Assembly: GCA_963924565.1 (NCBI GenBank)
Contig: OZ004610.1
Span: forward strand, 930,001 to 994,000
DNA length: 64,000 nucleotides
From: Ascidiella aspersa
Lineage: Eukaryota
Reading direction: 5' to 3'
Translations under genes and position numbers: made by a program
Part shown: positions 13,301 through 27,199 of the stretch, piece after piece
Position numbering within the stretch: the stretch's first letter is position 1
How the letters are laid out: every line of letters starts with the position of its first letter
The notes under the pieces: model-generated
Seen by the model: only the letters and a program-made list of their open reading frames with translations
Told to the model about the DNA's origin: nothing
The model's database searches: none

Positions 13301-16300
13301 TAAGGTATTCCAAACGGTTTAAAAGACAGTACATTCGATAGCGCTAAAAAGCTAAAAAACGATTAACTAAAAGATACTTTACAGAGCGTTTTTATCTTTT
13401 GTAAAGCAATCAACAAGTTTGTATGAGAATTATGTTTCATATCAAATGTTTGCGAATTATAATAAGACATAGTTGGGTTGGAAAAGTGGCGTACTTCTTA
13501 ATTAAGTCATATCATAACTGATTTAAAGCGTGAAAGTCCACAAAATCATTTTGATTAAAATATGGATTTCTGAAATTTCTGGTATAGGCTTTAAAAAAAA
13601 AACATAACTATGCGGTCGGATAGGATCTTAATGCTTCAGTGTGCCAAAAAGCCGAGCGACTGTTTAACATGAGTGAAGGGGAGTAAGTAAAGCGTGTCGA
13701 GCTATACTGTGAGAGCCTGTGGTGCAAAAAAAACGAGATTAAGTGTTCTTTCGTTGCAAGCCGAGCGCCTTGGGTCGGAATGCGAGGCGTGGGACTTTAG
13801 TGGGTGAAGAAACCCTCGTTTACCAAACATGGTTTTGCGGGCGACGTTTTCAGTGGGTTTTACGGCTGTCTCTTTGTTGAAGGCTTTACGTTACGCATGT
13901 GGGCGTTTTACGATTCACCTGACTCACAAAAAAGGCTTTAGGACGAATGAATATTGAAATACGTCATTGTATAACATCGGTTTATATCTCGTGACTGGAA
14001 AGAAATTGTCGTGGAAGAAAATCTTATAGATAGACAACACTATGTGAACGACTGGACGTTTCGAATAGTTCTTTAGTCATTTTTAACATGAGAAAAGTTA
14101 CCTAGTTTAATGTATACCATAGTAATACAACTTTTAACCATTTAATTTTACATTTTTATTGTATTTAAATTACGAACGGCTCAACTAATATTAAACATAA
14201 TTTTAATACATTTGTGATTTTTTTGTTAAGAAATTTGTAAACCAAAAACGATGCAACAAAATTATCTTAAGCAATATTGTGAACTTAAAACCTTTACCTA
14301 AAACGAAAATTGATTTTTTTTCTTAGGATTTATTGTACACCTGTGAAATGACCACATGCAAACCTATTATGCCAAAAAATGACTCTATCGCCTGTATATA
14401 GACTTGGAATCAATTCGAATCTTCTTTTGATCTCCAACCTATAATCTCCCCACACAATTTCCCTCGCAATAGTTTGGAAATGAAAATTGCCGCCCAGAGC
14501 CTCTTTGAGCCGCGCAACCGACATTTACTTTACACAGGGGAAATATGACAGGTGCGTAATTTAACGTCGCGTCCCTAACCACGCTTTGATGCCACCGTCA
14601 CTTCGGGCGACCTTTGCTTGTAAAGGTTCCTAAACATCCAACAGTAAACACGCAAGGTGTTGTGTAAACCCGTGAGCACAAATTGCGCCATTTCCATTAA
14701 CTATGTAGGTCATAGTAAGAATATCGAAGACGACCACGTTCGTTCAAAATGCAACCTACTTCCGTATGGGCATTGATATTCTTACTTATTTACAGAAGAC
14801 AAATTGGGATGATGTTAAAGATAACAAATTTCATTCAACTGTTCTCTCATTACTCATAGCTTTGTGTTTAGAATACCCTTAGCACTTATATATTATTTTC
14901 ATTTGAACGTGATTTTATCACATAAATTCTAAAAAAACCTAATACTGGTAAAATTGTCCCTTTTTCTGTTTATGCCCTTTTCTGTTATATTTTATTGTTT
15001 ACAGACTTTCCAATTTCACAAATTAAAGAAACACTAGAAAAAACTAATTAAAAGTTCGTCGGGGTTTTCATACAGCCAAGCTCATCTATTGTTTCATATT
15101 CATACGAACCTTAATATAAGCTCCCTCTCTCCAAGGGGGGAAAGTGGTGGACGCCTCGTCGCGGTCTGTTTCGTAATAATACAAGTTGAAAGTCTCTTTG
15201 CAAGTCGCAACGTTGGGGACATCCTCGCAAGATCTGCAACCAAATATTGCATTTGTTAATGGAAACCGTATGTTATTAAGAATAAATAAAAAGTTAAAGA
15301 ACGATAAACCAAAACCAATTTAAAAATGCTACCAAATTTTTTTCAAATATTTGAGCAGAAAAATTGTCTTTTAAAGTTCATTATACTTTTTCGGAAAAAC
15401 AATTATTTTAAAAAATATAAAACTACGAAGTGAATAAAGTAATCTGTTAATTTAATTATGCTTAAATTTGTATAAAAATATATTAAAAAAGCTGTGAACG
15501 TGATTTTAAATTGCCAATAAAATACAAGATATTACGTTCATTCGCTTAATTAACAGTAATACTGCAGTTAGTCCTGTGTTTATTTCCGCATACCTGATCG
15601 TGAACTCGAACTCCACAAAGACCCTCATGGCCCCATCGATGGGTATGAACGGGGTCCGTGCCCAGTTGTCTTGGTGCGCTTGCTTGATCTGGCAAACTAC
15701 CAACATCCGACGGTCGCTCTTGTCAGGATGGGGACTGCTAATCTCTTGCCACTGTGAGGAAATATAAAGGTCAACGTTGTGATTGAGAGATAATTAAGGA
15801 TAAAAGGTTTAGCTTTACATTTTGATAATGTTTGTTTAAGGACATATAATTTAACAGGTAAAAAAGCAAAAACAATTTTTTTTTACCTCGGGTTAAAAGC
15901 TTGTGCTATAAACATTCAATGAAAAAAACAAAAAAACATTCAATGAAATATGATACATTGAAAGTTTTTGCCATTAGGTTTGGCCACTAACATTTTAGGG
16001 TAACTAAATACTTCGGATGAAAAGTTATTTAAAAAAATCTATTTTTTTCGTTTTATGTGTGAACTAATCTTACCTGTAAGATAAGATACAGTATTGTAAA
16101 ATCATTATTTACCCTTGTAAACTAGAAGTAATATTAAGATTTTTTAGTATTTTTAAGCAGGGATACTGACAAGCGACCAACGGACGGCGAGTCAGAGGTT
16201 TGTTCCTTTTCATAAAATTTGTTGAAAAGCACAATGTCAAGCAAAGCCAACAACGCCAATAGGTTTAAACAGAGGAAACCTCAAATTCAATCAACATTAT

Positions 16301-19300
16301 TCGAGAAATCACAACGAGGCCCCCCAAATCCCGGTTGCCACGGAAACCAACCGCGCGATCGAATTGTGACGTCACACAGCGCATTGTCCCCCGAAATCGA
16401 GCGATATTCCAGGGGGTTTGGTTATCTCTGATGCGATCTGTGTTTTCTTTTGTCGTCTCGTCGCGATTAGAGCTTTCCTGCTTGTAACAACACAAGCTTA
16501 CCAGGCCAGTTTACATTTGCTCGCTTTTAGAGATTCAGGCTCAATTTTACACATAGAAATTTCCCACATAGAAAAAGTGCTAATTGCTTTTTTAAATTTT
16601 GTTTTTTCAATGTTACGATGTAAAAGGACCTTTTTTGAAAACCGATTTTAAAGGTTGTTGACGCTTGGACAATTTTCTTTATACAGAATTGTGTCATTTA
16701 TCCAACTTTCACTCAGTTTCAAAAGTTGTGTTAAAGTCCCATTCCCCACTGCGTTGTTAAAACTTGCCAAAATTTGAGCTGTTTGGACAAAAACTTCTTT
16801 TCAACCCTTTTAGTGTCACTTTTTAACAGGAGCTGCACAAAAAAATGGGTAAGCCCAAATTTGATCGAAATACCTTAAAATCATGGCAAAAAGATTTTTC
16901 AACCCTCCAATGCAAACAGGACTTTAATCGCAAACGAGTGCCAATTACACAACGGAAGTTTGCGTTGGAAGAGAGAAAGCGACGACCAACTCCACGTGTG
17001 CTTTGATCGGGCAGCTTTCTATAAGCGCGCTCGCGTCCTGTCGGCCCACAAATGACCCCTCATTAGAAGGTGCAAGTCACGCCCTCAGGCCGATGCTGTA
17101 ACCATCTCTCTAGGGTCTGATCGTCGCTCGTTTTAACATTTTTTTCGCATTAAATTTGTTAAGATTCGTCTACAGGAAATATTTTTATATTGTTTATCAC
17201 AACATTTCTTTATTTCAGCTCGCTGTTTCGAAGGGCAGCGTAAATTTGCGGCTAAAACTTTCTTAACACTAACTATATTCAGGGTTTTCGTTTTGTTTCA
17301 TTTATTTTAAATTTCCCGAAGTAAACGGAATTTAAAACCTAAAATCTCGATTTAATACCGTGTTTTGCCGGACAGAGATTGCTAATGATATACAAAAAAA
17401 TGTTTTTTACATAAGTAAAACAATTAAGCATATGAGTTTTAGACGTAGAATGAATATCAAAGCCACCAGTAGGCTGAATTATTTTCTGATGTTTGAAATG
17501 AACAAAGAGTTATTCAAAACGTTCAAAATGTTATCTATTCTATATGGGCTTTGATATTCTTACTACGTTTAAAAGCAATAGCTTTGACAAGCTTTAAAAA
17601 GCTGGAATCCTTGGGCGTTGCTTTCACTTGTTTCAGCAAGTTCGTAAAGTGACCGCGACTTATTCTGCGGTAACTTGTCGAAGCGGTGCGATTCAATTAC
17701 GGTTGCGTTTCATCGGGATACTCGCAATTACGCGGCTTCGGTGGAGAGAAGGGCCTGGTTTGCAAATTGTGAGATTGTTGGCCCTGTAATGGGGCGGATG
17801 TGAACGATTTGCTCGCCTGTGATTAACACGTGTTGATCACATATGAATGTCCTGTTAATTATTTTGTTCCCTGGCATGAAAAGATCCCACAGCAGATAGC
17901 AAGCAAAGCTTGCGGTTTTGCGCAAGATTGTTATGTTTTTTTGTTTAATCCAACAAAATGCAAAAACAATCTCAATCTTGGTCTTCGCATTACACCCTGT
18001 TGTAGTTTTTTTACGAATATCTTCTCTTGTACTTTCGAAAGCTTACGTTGGATTTTGAGATTTATTTTTAATTTTTTCCATAAAGTTTGAATCTTGATTG
18101 TATACTCTTGTTTAATTAATCATTGATAATTTTATAGTTGAATGTTGTTTGTTACAATCATTGCTTCACTTTAAAATTCATGTGTTACTCAAGACTCAAG
18201 ACTCCAGTATGATTTTCAAACCAAAATTGCCCGAAAAGCACCCAATGTGTTGTATGCGTTACAAGTGATAGTAATAAGGTGTAATGATCGGTGTGGAACG
18301 GAGCTCAAACTTCGCCTTTCTGCCTTTCCTGGGAACCTTCGCTGAACTATTTAAATTGCAGGCTACGCTTCCCGGCCAGAAAGCCAGGACTCTAACCTTC
18401 AACAAGAACCTCAAGTTTTAGGGCTTTTCTCCCAATGTAATGAGCTAAACCGACTCGAAGATGGAAAAAATCGCTCTTTTAAGCGCTTGTGTGGTTTTTC
18501 TATAGGCCGGTATACAAGGTTTATTATGTTTTTACGTTATCTAGGTTGCCTACTGTAAACGTTGTAGAAATAGTCGGGCTTTTTAACCTATGTCGATATT
18601 TTGTAACTTCAAGTTTCAAGGCTTTTCTCTCAAAGTAATGCGCTATACTGACTCGAAGAACAAATAACACCTTTTTTGTCCTTTACCAAATCGAGTTTAA
18701 AATCACCAGAATCGGTTTTTCCCACATTTTTTGTTATGTTTGTAAACCCCAATGTAGTTCTGTAAACGATGGGAACAGTGGGCTTTTTCCAATTTCTTTC
18801 CATTTTCAATCTTCGAAATAATTTTAGACCCCTTCAATTAGCACCCAGCAAATTTTCAGCCATTTTATGTCTGATTTTAGCAATCCTTAAACCGCTAAAG
18901 TGGCAACTATAATCTCCAGGCGGATCCAAGTGCTTACCAAGTCCGTTAAAAGCTTTATCTCTCTCGCCGATTTGTAATCCGTGCGCGATTACAATCAACA
19001 CTAGAACAACTGCTCTAATGAAGAACGCCCCAAGTGTATCACGAAGCACTAAATAAACAGGATGAACGGCGCCCGTCAATGCACTTTCGCCAAGCAGCAG
19101 CTAATAGCACGCCTAGCTGAAAATCTCGGCACGGACGGCGGCAATTTTAATGAATTAACAGCAGTTTTACACGCTGCCGACCCGGATTATCTGCCCTAGA
19201 TAGCGCTAGTCTATTATCGCATGAATAATGCATTAGCAGAGCTCATTTTTTGCCACGGCTTGTATATGGTGATTCCACGTTGTGATGTGGAATGATGCTT

Positions 19301-22300
19301 ACCTTGGAACCCTGTGACATCGTCCACCCTACGTCTGACGTAGCTGTCCGCGTGTCCATTAAAATCGCTGAAAAATAAAAGAGCTGGGTGTTAATTGGGC
19401 TAAAACTTGTGTAGATCTGTGAAACCTAAAGGTACTGCAATATTGAATTGAAATACAGTCCTACTATATGAATTTAAACGGTGCCAATCACATATGTATT
19501 TGCATTATAAGATTATATCAAATTTAGCATTTTCCGAAAAATCATGTTTCACAACTCAAGTCTTTTAGATTAAACATAGCTTGTGAAAAGAATAACATTT
19601 GTAAATGCGTTGTTTTAGCTTGTGTTATACAAGCAGGTGTAACCACAGGTAATAGTGTTACAACATTGTTATTCATTAACGAAATCGCACCGACCCATTG
19701 TAAAACCGAAGTCTGATCATATAAAAGTCACGAGCCTTAATATTGACATTACGTCTGACACCACTGTTTGGTCTGAAGGCACAAAGTACCACACACAAAG
19801 TTATTATGGCTTTTATGAATAAAAGCCAATCTTAAGGCGTTGTTCAACCCCGTTCTATGCTTTAGGTGGCCTTTAAGACCAATGTATTTCTACTTCGCCT
19901 TATAGCATCATCAGTTTCTTAATTCGAATGAAACTTTGTCTGAGGGAGATTCCTTACTTCCATAAGTGTTAAGCTTACTGCCAGTTAAAAGTGTATTTAA
20001 GGTCAATTTAAACGTGCAAACCAAGTTGTTTTAAACCCTGATGTAATGTAAATTACACAACAATTATTTCCACGAGGAATTTAATCAAAATTCTAACTAG
20101 GAAAGCGTTTGTTTTAACTCAAACATTCCCCATACAACCATTTTCCGGGCTGTTTTGCAAGTAAAGAAACTGCTTTGTTAGAAATACAGCCATTGTCTAT
20201 TGTTACAAAAATTGCCCTTTTTTTGAGATAATTGAAAGGCGCGTTCAATGAGCCCTGTGAAATTTATAGTTAGTTAAATACGGGTTCCTCTAAATGTCAT
20301 AAGCACGCTATGCCAGGTGCTGCCTTATTTTAAATTCCCCTTGAATGTGAGATATACGTCAGGATTGGAGCCTTTTGTGTACAACCAGCTGCCAAAACCA
20401 ACACAATTTCACATAATGGCTCCAGTGCTGCTGAACGACTTGAAATAACATTGGCAGTAAGATTCCGGAAATATTTCAAGAATTGGTTTATTCTACGTGA
20501 CTATTTTGGATCTAAACTTCATTTTTTAAGTTTAATTTATTTGCGATGTTTAAGGATTGTGTATAGAAAATTTAAAAGCACTAAAATAAATGTCGTACTT
20601 TTGTGTGTGTTTCTCTAATGCTTTTTGGTGAAAGTGGTGATCAATTAGGTTGGGTGTACATGACACCAAGCCAGTCATGTTCTGTTTAAACTGGCACACG
20701 TGTTCTTGTTTTGATTAGCATTACTTGTGTGAGCTTTGCTGGAAACCACTCCGCACCAAGTAGAGACTCAAGACAGCTTTACGAACATAATCTGCAGACG
20801 CAGTGTAAGTTATTGCTTGCTATCACAGTGAATCAACATTACACCCTTGACTGGATAAGCGTTTGGTTTTATCAAAGCTCCTGGTATTGCAAAAAATGTA
20901 GTTTTACACAAACAAAAATTTGATAAATGTTTAGGTTTTTTACAGCTCCTGCTTAAACACAAAAACAAACAAAAGTTGTTTTTTTACATAAAAATAAACC
21001 AAGACTATTAAAATTATTAGATTGATTGTCCGTTAACTATCAATTTGTGTGGCTGTGGACTGGTTTAAAATAGCCTTTGTTACATTTTTATTAAGTTCGA
21101 AAACGACAAATAAACGTACAACAATATTTGTTATTTAAGAAAAAACAAAAACAGTTCTGGTGTGAAACAAACAGTGTGAGAATCTAGCACGGAAACAGTT
21201 TGAGAACAAAACTAGTTCCTTTTGAAGTGGCAAAAGCAAATAGCAGCAGGTTTGTAGAACCCAGTATACCCGCTGTGGAAAGGACTGGCTTCCATTAGGA
21301 TATTTGTGTGCTTGTCCACTTTATAGACAAGGCTTATGGGGGCACAAATATTTGCAGGCGCGGTACGGAGTGACGCAGTATAGGCCAGTCTTTGTTTAGG
21401 CGCTTCTCAAGTAAATAAGCACCACTAACCAGACTGATGGGCGCGAATTACGAAGCGGTTTTAGCCAGACTGGATGGCATCAGCGAAATTGCACAGGGCC
21501 GTCGTAAAATCCGTGGACTGTGTGAATTTTTAACCCGTACACAGCGGTATTGTTGAGATGGACATTTGGTGATTGTAAGCGAATGTTATTTTGAAACGAA
21601 AAAGAAACTTTACAATGAAGGAAAAAATGGAGGCTTTTTATGTAAATATTCAGGAATCCAAAGGCAATAATATTCAGATGGACATTTGGTTCTGAAAGTT
21701 TTACCGACATATATATACGTTGAACATAAGGGGAAACATGATTGATATTAAGCTGTTTTGATACGTACACGTACAAACAGTAATCCGATGGTTAATCAAA
21801 ATACTAAAAAATGACAAAAAGGGTATCCCCTTGTATTTTCCCTCAGTTGTTTTTCAAACCTGTGCGCTCAGAGTTTTTAATATCACGCGATTATTCATAT
21901 TGAGCTTAATGAAACCGCATCACCGGTATAAAGTAGGCACTATACTGGTGGCTATGAGCACCCTTGGAAGGGCTTAGAGAATTTCATTTCGTGTTCCGAC
22001 AAAGCAATACTAAGGGTTCTTAGGTCTGCTCTTAACATCAAGTATTGCGACAGCGTCTGCTGTTGTGATTCAAAAAATGATAGGACTGCCACCGAATGTA
22101 CGAGATGAGTTTGGGATTTTTTATTCTTACAAAAACAGCCTAAAACTGACAGATTTATGGTATTTTTTTTTAATTTTACTGTGAAGATACCCCTTTTTAG
22201 CGGAGTTGAGAATAAAACAACTTTTTCAAGTCCAAAACCACAAATGAGTCACAATAAAGAAAACTGTCTTTAAAATAATTAAAATCTGAATCTTTGATAA

Positions 22301-25300
22301 AGTTACAATTTGTTAAATCAAGTTAAGGTAAAAATCCCCCAATTTTCTTTGACAGACTTTACAGTTGCGCAGCCTGTACAGTAACTGTACGTTCAAGGTC
22401 CCATTCGAGCCAGTGTTAAAATCCTTGTTTAAAAGCTGCGCATCCCAAAGGATTCCCGTGTGTTTTGATTCGAATCGAAAACATCGCGGATTCCTTGTTA
22501 TCACAACTGATCAATGGCGACCAACCCGAACCTCAAATCGACGTCGACGCGCGCGTTCTTGCGCAACTTGCAGCAACAAATCGATATCTCGCGGATTATT
22601 TTCATTGATCACACAGAAGGAGACGTCAGCGCCTCACGCCAATGATAAATATTTTATACAAGATACTTTGTGTTTTTTGCTGTTCTATTTGGCCTGGAAA
22701 CTAAAAAAACTTCACCTTACGACTTTAAAGTTTTGAATAAAATCCGACGATTTTTTTGTCAACTTAAACTTTGAGGAAGATGCGTTTTAACATTTGCCCT
22801 GTGAAATGAGAAAGCGATTTCGCTTTAAAACCCAAAGTTTTAAATTAATTTGACGATTCAGAGCAATATTTTACTGAAGTTTACCTTTAATTGTACGTGT
22901 ATGATTTTCGACGTTCCAAAATGAACGCTGTGTTTAAAAATTAAAAAAAATATTCCAAAACCATTATAAATAGTTTCCCCGTAATGGAACGAATTTCACT
23001 TTTCTTTCCAACAAAGCCTTCAAAGTTTATGGGCGGATATCTTCTATCTTTCCATTGTTCCGAAACAATGCGGCATCGCGATGCGCGGATCGTAAGGTTA
23101 CGTGGATGGAAGAACAACACACTACATCCAGTCGCGACGTGCAATTAAAAATTACCCGACGGCGCTCACACCAGCAATAATAATAGCCCAAGGCAATGGC
23201 TTTCACGAAAGTAGCTGTCTATACTGGCCAGCTATGAAAGCTAACATTAGACAGACAAAACTTTTTTGACCAATTTAAACCAGTTTTTACCCGTTTTGAA
23301 ACCTTTTTAACCTCTCAATAGTCCACACAACCCTTTAAAAGCAGCTTTCATCATTCTACTTTCATTGGTACAAAAGTTATAAAAAAACAACTTGATAGGG
23401 CTTTTATATATTATAGGTCCATATTTTGAACATTTTAGTTCCATTTTGCCATATTATCTCTTAGTTAGTTTATGCTGCTATTCATAAAGCAGCTTTCACT
23501 TTTTTACGCTCATTGATACGAAAGGTTGTACGGAAAGTTTGTAAGTAAGCAGACTGCTACGATGCAGACACAAGGATCAGTTGCTTTCTGCGGCTTTCGA
23601 GACGATTCGTTTCCGCCAAGGACAGCCACAAACACACCAACAAGTCCCGGGACTTTACACAGGGGACTTTGACTCAAACAACATCTAAGGACAACCCTGC
23701 CTATACTTCAAACGACCACTTTTACACTATTTTCTCTACCAGTGTAAAAAATAAGGAAGGAAAACGTAAACGCCCCGTTTAAAATCTGTCTGTGTTTTTT
23801 ATAGATTTAACAATCAGTCTTGCGACTGGGAAATTTACCTTGGCTCAATTTATAGCGAGTTATGTAAGAATTTGAAATAACAACACGTTAACAGTTTTAC
23901 AAAAGTGTGCAAAAATTTTACATTAAATTCTAGAACAATTAGTCTCTCTGTATTTAAATTACCCAAGGCGCAAATGAAGTTACATTAAATTTAACTGAAA
24001 ATTGGGCCACCCATAATTTGCACCGATGTTTAAGATTTGCTAGGATTTGTTACTTAGTTGGCACGCGAAGACGCTTGTGTAGCAGCGAGAGTTCATTGAT
24101 ACACATCCAAGCGCGACCAGTCGGTGCCATTCAAGCTCAAAAGACCAAAACACGGACTGTCTTTTCAGCCTCTTTTATGTGCTTTTTCCAACACTTGGAA
24201 AGCATAATGCCCCAAATAATGAAACCGACTCCATATTTCCACCCAATTTTAGCATCACTTATGATAGAATACAGCCGTTTTGTTTTTGAAGGGGACACAT
24301 ATTTTAGACAAGTAATGACAAATGCAAAATCTTGGTTAAAAGTGTGCCTGGCCCTTTATAAAGTGGCCACATAGAGCGTCCTATTCATGCTCAAAAGTCC
24401 AGGACGCTAATTGTCTTTGTGTATCACGGCTTCGTTGGATCCAGTATTAGGTTACCGAATCAATGACTGCCTAGATTTCCTTAACACTGATTTAAAATTT
24501 ATAAGTAAGCGTGAGAAAAAGTGGATAACATCTAGCGATTTTATATATGCGCGTCTTTTTACGTATAATTATTACGTCGTCTGTACAAAGACCGATTGAA
24601 AGGACGAACGTTACAGAATAGATTTGGTTAAACTTGAAAAATATGTGTATTTTGCGAGGCGAGTTTGTTGTTTTTGTCAAAAACAAGTAATTCTTATGAC
24701 AGATATACTAGAAAAATCTGCAAAAGGCATTAATTACATTGACTGTTTTATTTAAATCCATTTTTTTGATGAAATCACCCCAAAGTGAACTAGAGTGGGC
24801 GAACGACTCCCCATCACCCCCACAATAAACGATCAGGGGGTACAAAGCTACTTTACGTCACTCATCCAAAGGATGACGTCATCGCAAAATCGATGTTCGC
24901 TCGGAGACAAATATTGCGTTGGCGCCCTTCAAGTGCTTCGGTCAATAAAGCTGATTCAAAACGATCCGGGATCTCTCACAGATGCGTCAATCCTGCATGT
25001 TCGGCTAAATTCACACTTTATACGTATCATTTAATATTGGTTGCTTTTTTCTAATAATATGACTGATTGTACGGTTTTTCAGTTTTGTAAAATGTAAGTA
25101 GTTTCAATAACAATAGTTTTCGAATATGTATTGTTACTTGGTTTTAAAACCTGCTGTCGTTTAGTGACATTAGTTTTAGAAAACTAATATCGCATAATAC
25201 TCTCATGATATACGGATTAACAACTTCCAAATATATTGGGTAAAGCAATTGATTTACATCATTAAGTTAATACATGAAACACAAGCACTGTTTTTTTTCT

Positions 25301-25529
25301 GGGAAATTCTGATAACTTTGCTATAGACTAACACTTACAGCATAATGCGAATAAACGGCAATTTTATAGATTAAACAACTTCGGATTTAACTATTATCGC
25401 TTGTGATCAACAAGGATAAACACTTATATTTTCAATTCAAATCTTACCTTCATTGGCAGACGCTGTCCAACTGTAAAAACTTGAAATGCATATAAGGCAG
25501 CATACTGTTCGTATCCATATCCGCACCAT
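1370..25529 (-). CDS. Eph: Eph receptor tyrosine kinase, 5' part (signal peptide, ephrin-binding domain, sushi and EGF-like Cys-rich region); gene continues beyond the window start
   Basis: Eight phase-compatible GT-AG exons: 25448-25529 (MVRIWIRTVCCLICISSFYSWTASANE), 19303-19367 (ILMDTRTATSDVGW), 15594-15751 (WQEIS..VCQIK..DNWARTPFI..VFVEFEFTIR), 15110-15233 (SCEDVPNVATCKETFNLYYYETD), 12403-12513 (VDTIAADKRF..GPLTKKGIYLALQ), 10823-10981 (DTGACMALMHVRVYYKYC), 10037-10154 (LFCNGKGEWTVPKGSCVCDAGF), 1370-1525 (CGRGQYK..CQRCPAYS..CECMYGYYRA..SPCT). These are hallmark Eph motifs; the paralog is not assignable. Confidence 0.96.
7249..7359. mobile_element. 111-bp miniature inverted-repeat element
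   Basis: 25-bp terminal inverted repeats AACCGAGTG(G/T)TGCTCATCCAGCAGT with one mismatch. Confidence 0.7.
7955..8067. repeat. Minisatellite, ~23-bp unit TTTTACAAAACAATTTGTTGCAT, about 5 copies
   Basis: Directly visible tandem copies; the last copy is degenerate. Confidence 0.85.
9782..9835. repeat. Short tandem duplication ATATGCAGTAGTTGTCAGGCAGTTA x2
   Basis: Two identical 25-bp copies with a 29-bp period. Confidence 0.8.
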
Positions 25530-27199
25530 TTTGTGGCCAACTACACTTGGGAAGTCGTTTGCAGTCTAAATATTCCCGTTAGCTTGGCTTCACTTTGCTA
25601 AACTTCGTTGCGGCGCATCAAATTTTCATACAGTTTACACAACACTAATCGCTCGTCGTTTCGCCCAATAACCGCATCTGCGAGAGAAGCAACGTAGTCG
25701 GCAAATATTTGCCTTTTTCTCGACGAAATTTTTTCTCCCTCTTCTGCGCTGCTCTCTGGCGCTACTGAAGTGTACGTGGTTGTTTTGAATGCTGTTTTTA
25801 AAATAAAGCTCAAAAATACACCTGTTTTTATTCGTTTTTAGAGAAAATCAATATATTTACACAACCATCTAATTGCAGCAACAAAAAAATTAAAAAAAGC
25901 GGAAATAAAAATTAGGAAATAGTTTAACTTGTAAAATTGGTCAACAAATAAGGTTTTACGGCACTATTTAGTTTGCTTTGTTAAGAAATGCTAGCTAGGC
26001 CAATGTCTATTTGACAAACCCAAATATCAAGACTAGAATGTATGCGTTTTATGGGTTAATAAATGTTATGTAAGCCATATAGCGGTGGTATTTAGCGAGT
26101 GAATGCAAATAGTTTGACTTTGTAAAATTTTTGTTTAATCATAGCAATTAACCCCCTTACACTTATTAAAGAACAGGGGCTTTAACTGTTGATTAAAAAT
26201 GAGCTGTTTTGGATCCCTGTTGCAATCACAGCTCCAAACCCTTTGTGACGTAATAATACGGAATTATGACGTAACACCATGTTCGCCAAAGACACTCACA
26301 GCTGTTTCATCATGCATAAATTGCTGCGCAGGCATAATATATATACATAAGCGCTATACAGGCATATGGAAATCCATTTACAGTATGTTCTATCGCTTAA
26401 CACCAACGATAAAAGTCACAAAACAGCTTTGGCGGTTAAAGCCAAGGGCCAAGGCCAATGCGGTCTAACTTCCGATTAACATTGTCTGGAATACATTTCG
26501 TAATACTCTCGGTCATTCGAACAACACATTAAATGCAATTATTGTTTAATGATTTTCAAACATGGCTAACTAAGGCCCTTTTATGCAGTTCTTCATAACA
26601 ATATCCTACCATTAACATTTGCAGCGGACATAAGTTGTGCCTAATATCTTGCTAAACTAGCGTTTTTAAACTGTTGTCCAATAATAAACCCTTTTGGGTA
26701 CGCGGAAAAGTCTTAAGCTTGGTTCACACTAGACGCGTCTGGCGTTAAAGTTAAACGTTTTTTTTAAACCTTTCTGTTGCACGTTGAATTATTTCAACTT
26801 TCCCACTTTCGGTTATTCTTTTCATGAAAAATGATATATTGCTTTCACAACGTTAAATATTATGCGACGGAAATCATAAAGGGGGTAGGGATTGAGCTAC
26901 GGAAAAATGCAAAAAAATCGTAAAATGACATGCTTGACATTTGTTAAAACATTTTTGGTACCATTTGAAGCCAATCTAGAGGGCGTGGCCGCAAAAATTT
27001 TTACCGGGGGAATACCCCCGCACCCCCCAATATTTCTGCTCGCTACGCTCGCTTGCGGTCTATGCTGCCCTTACCAAAAAAGTCACCCCCCTTGCCCTGC
27101 AATCGCTCCGGCGTCCCTGGTTGTGGTACTATGAGGTGGTCTAAATGTCCGCATTTCTTAAGAATTTTTGCAAGAATAAATCCAGTTGCACTGTTACTG

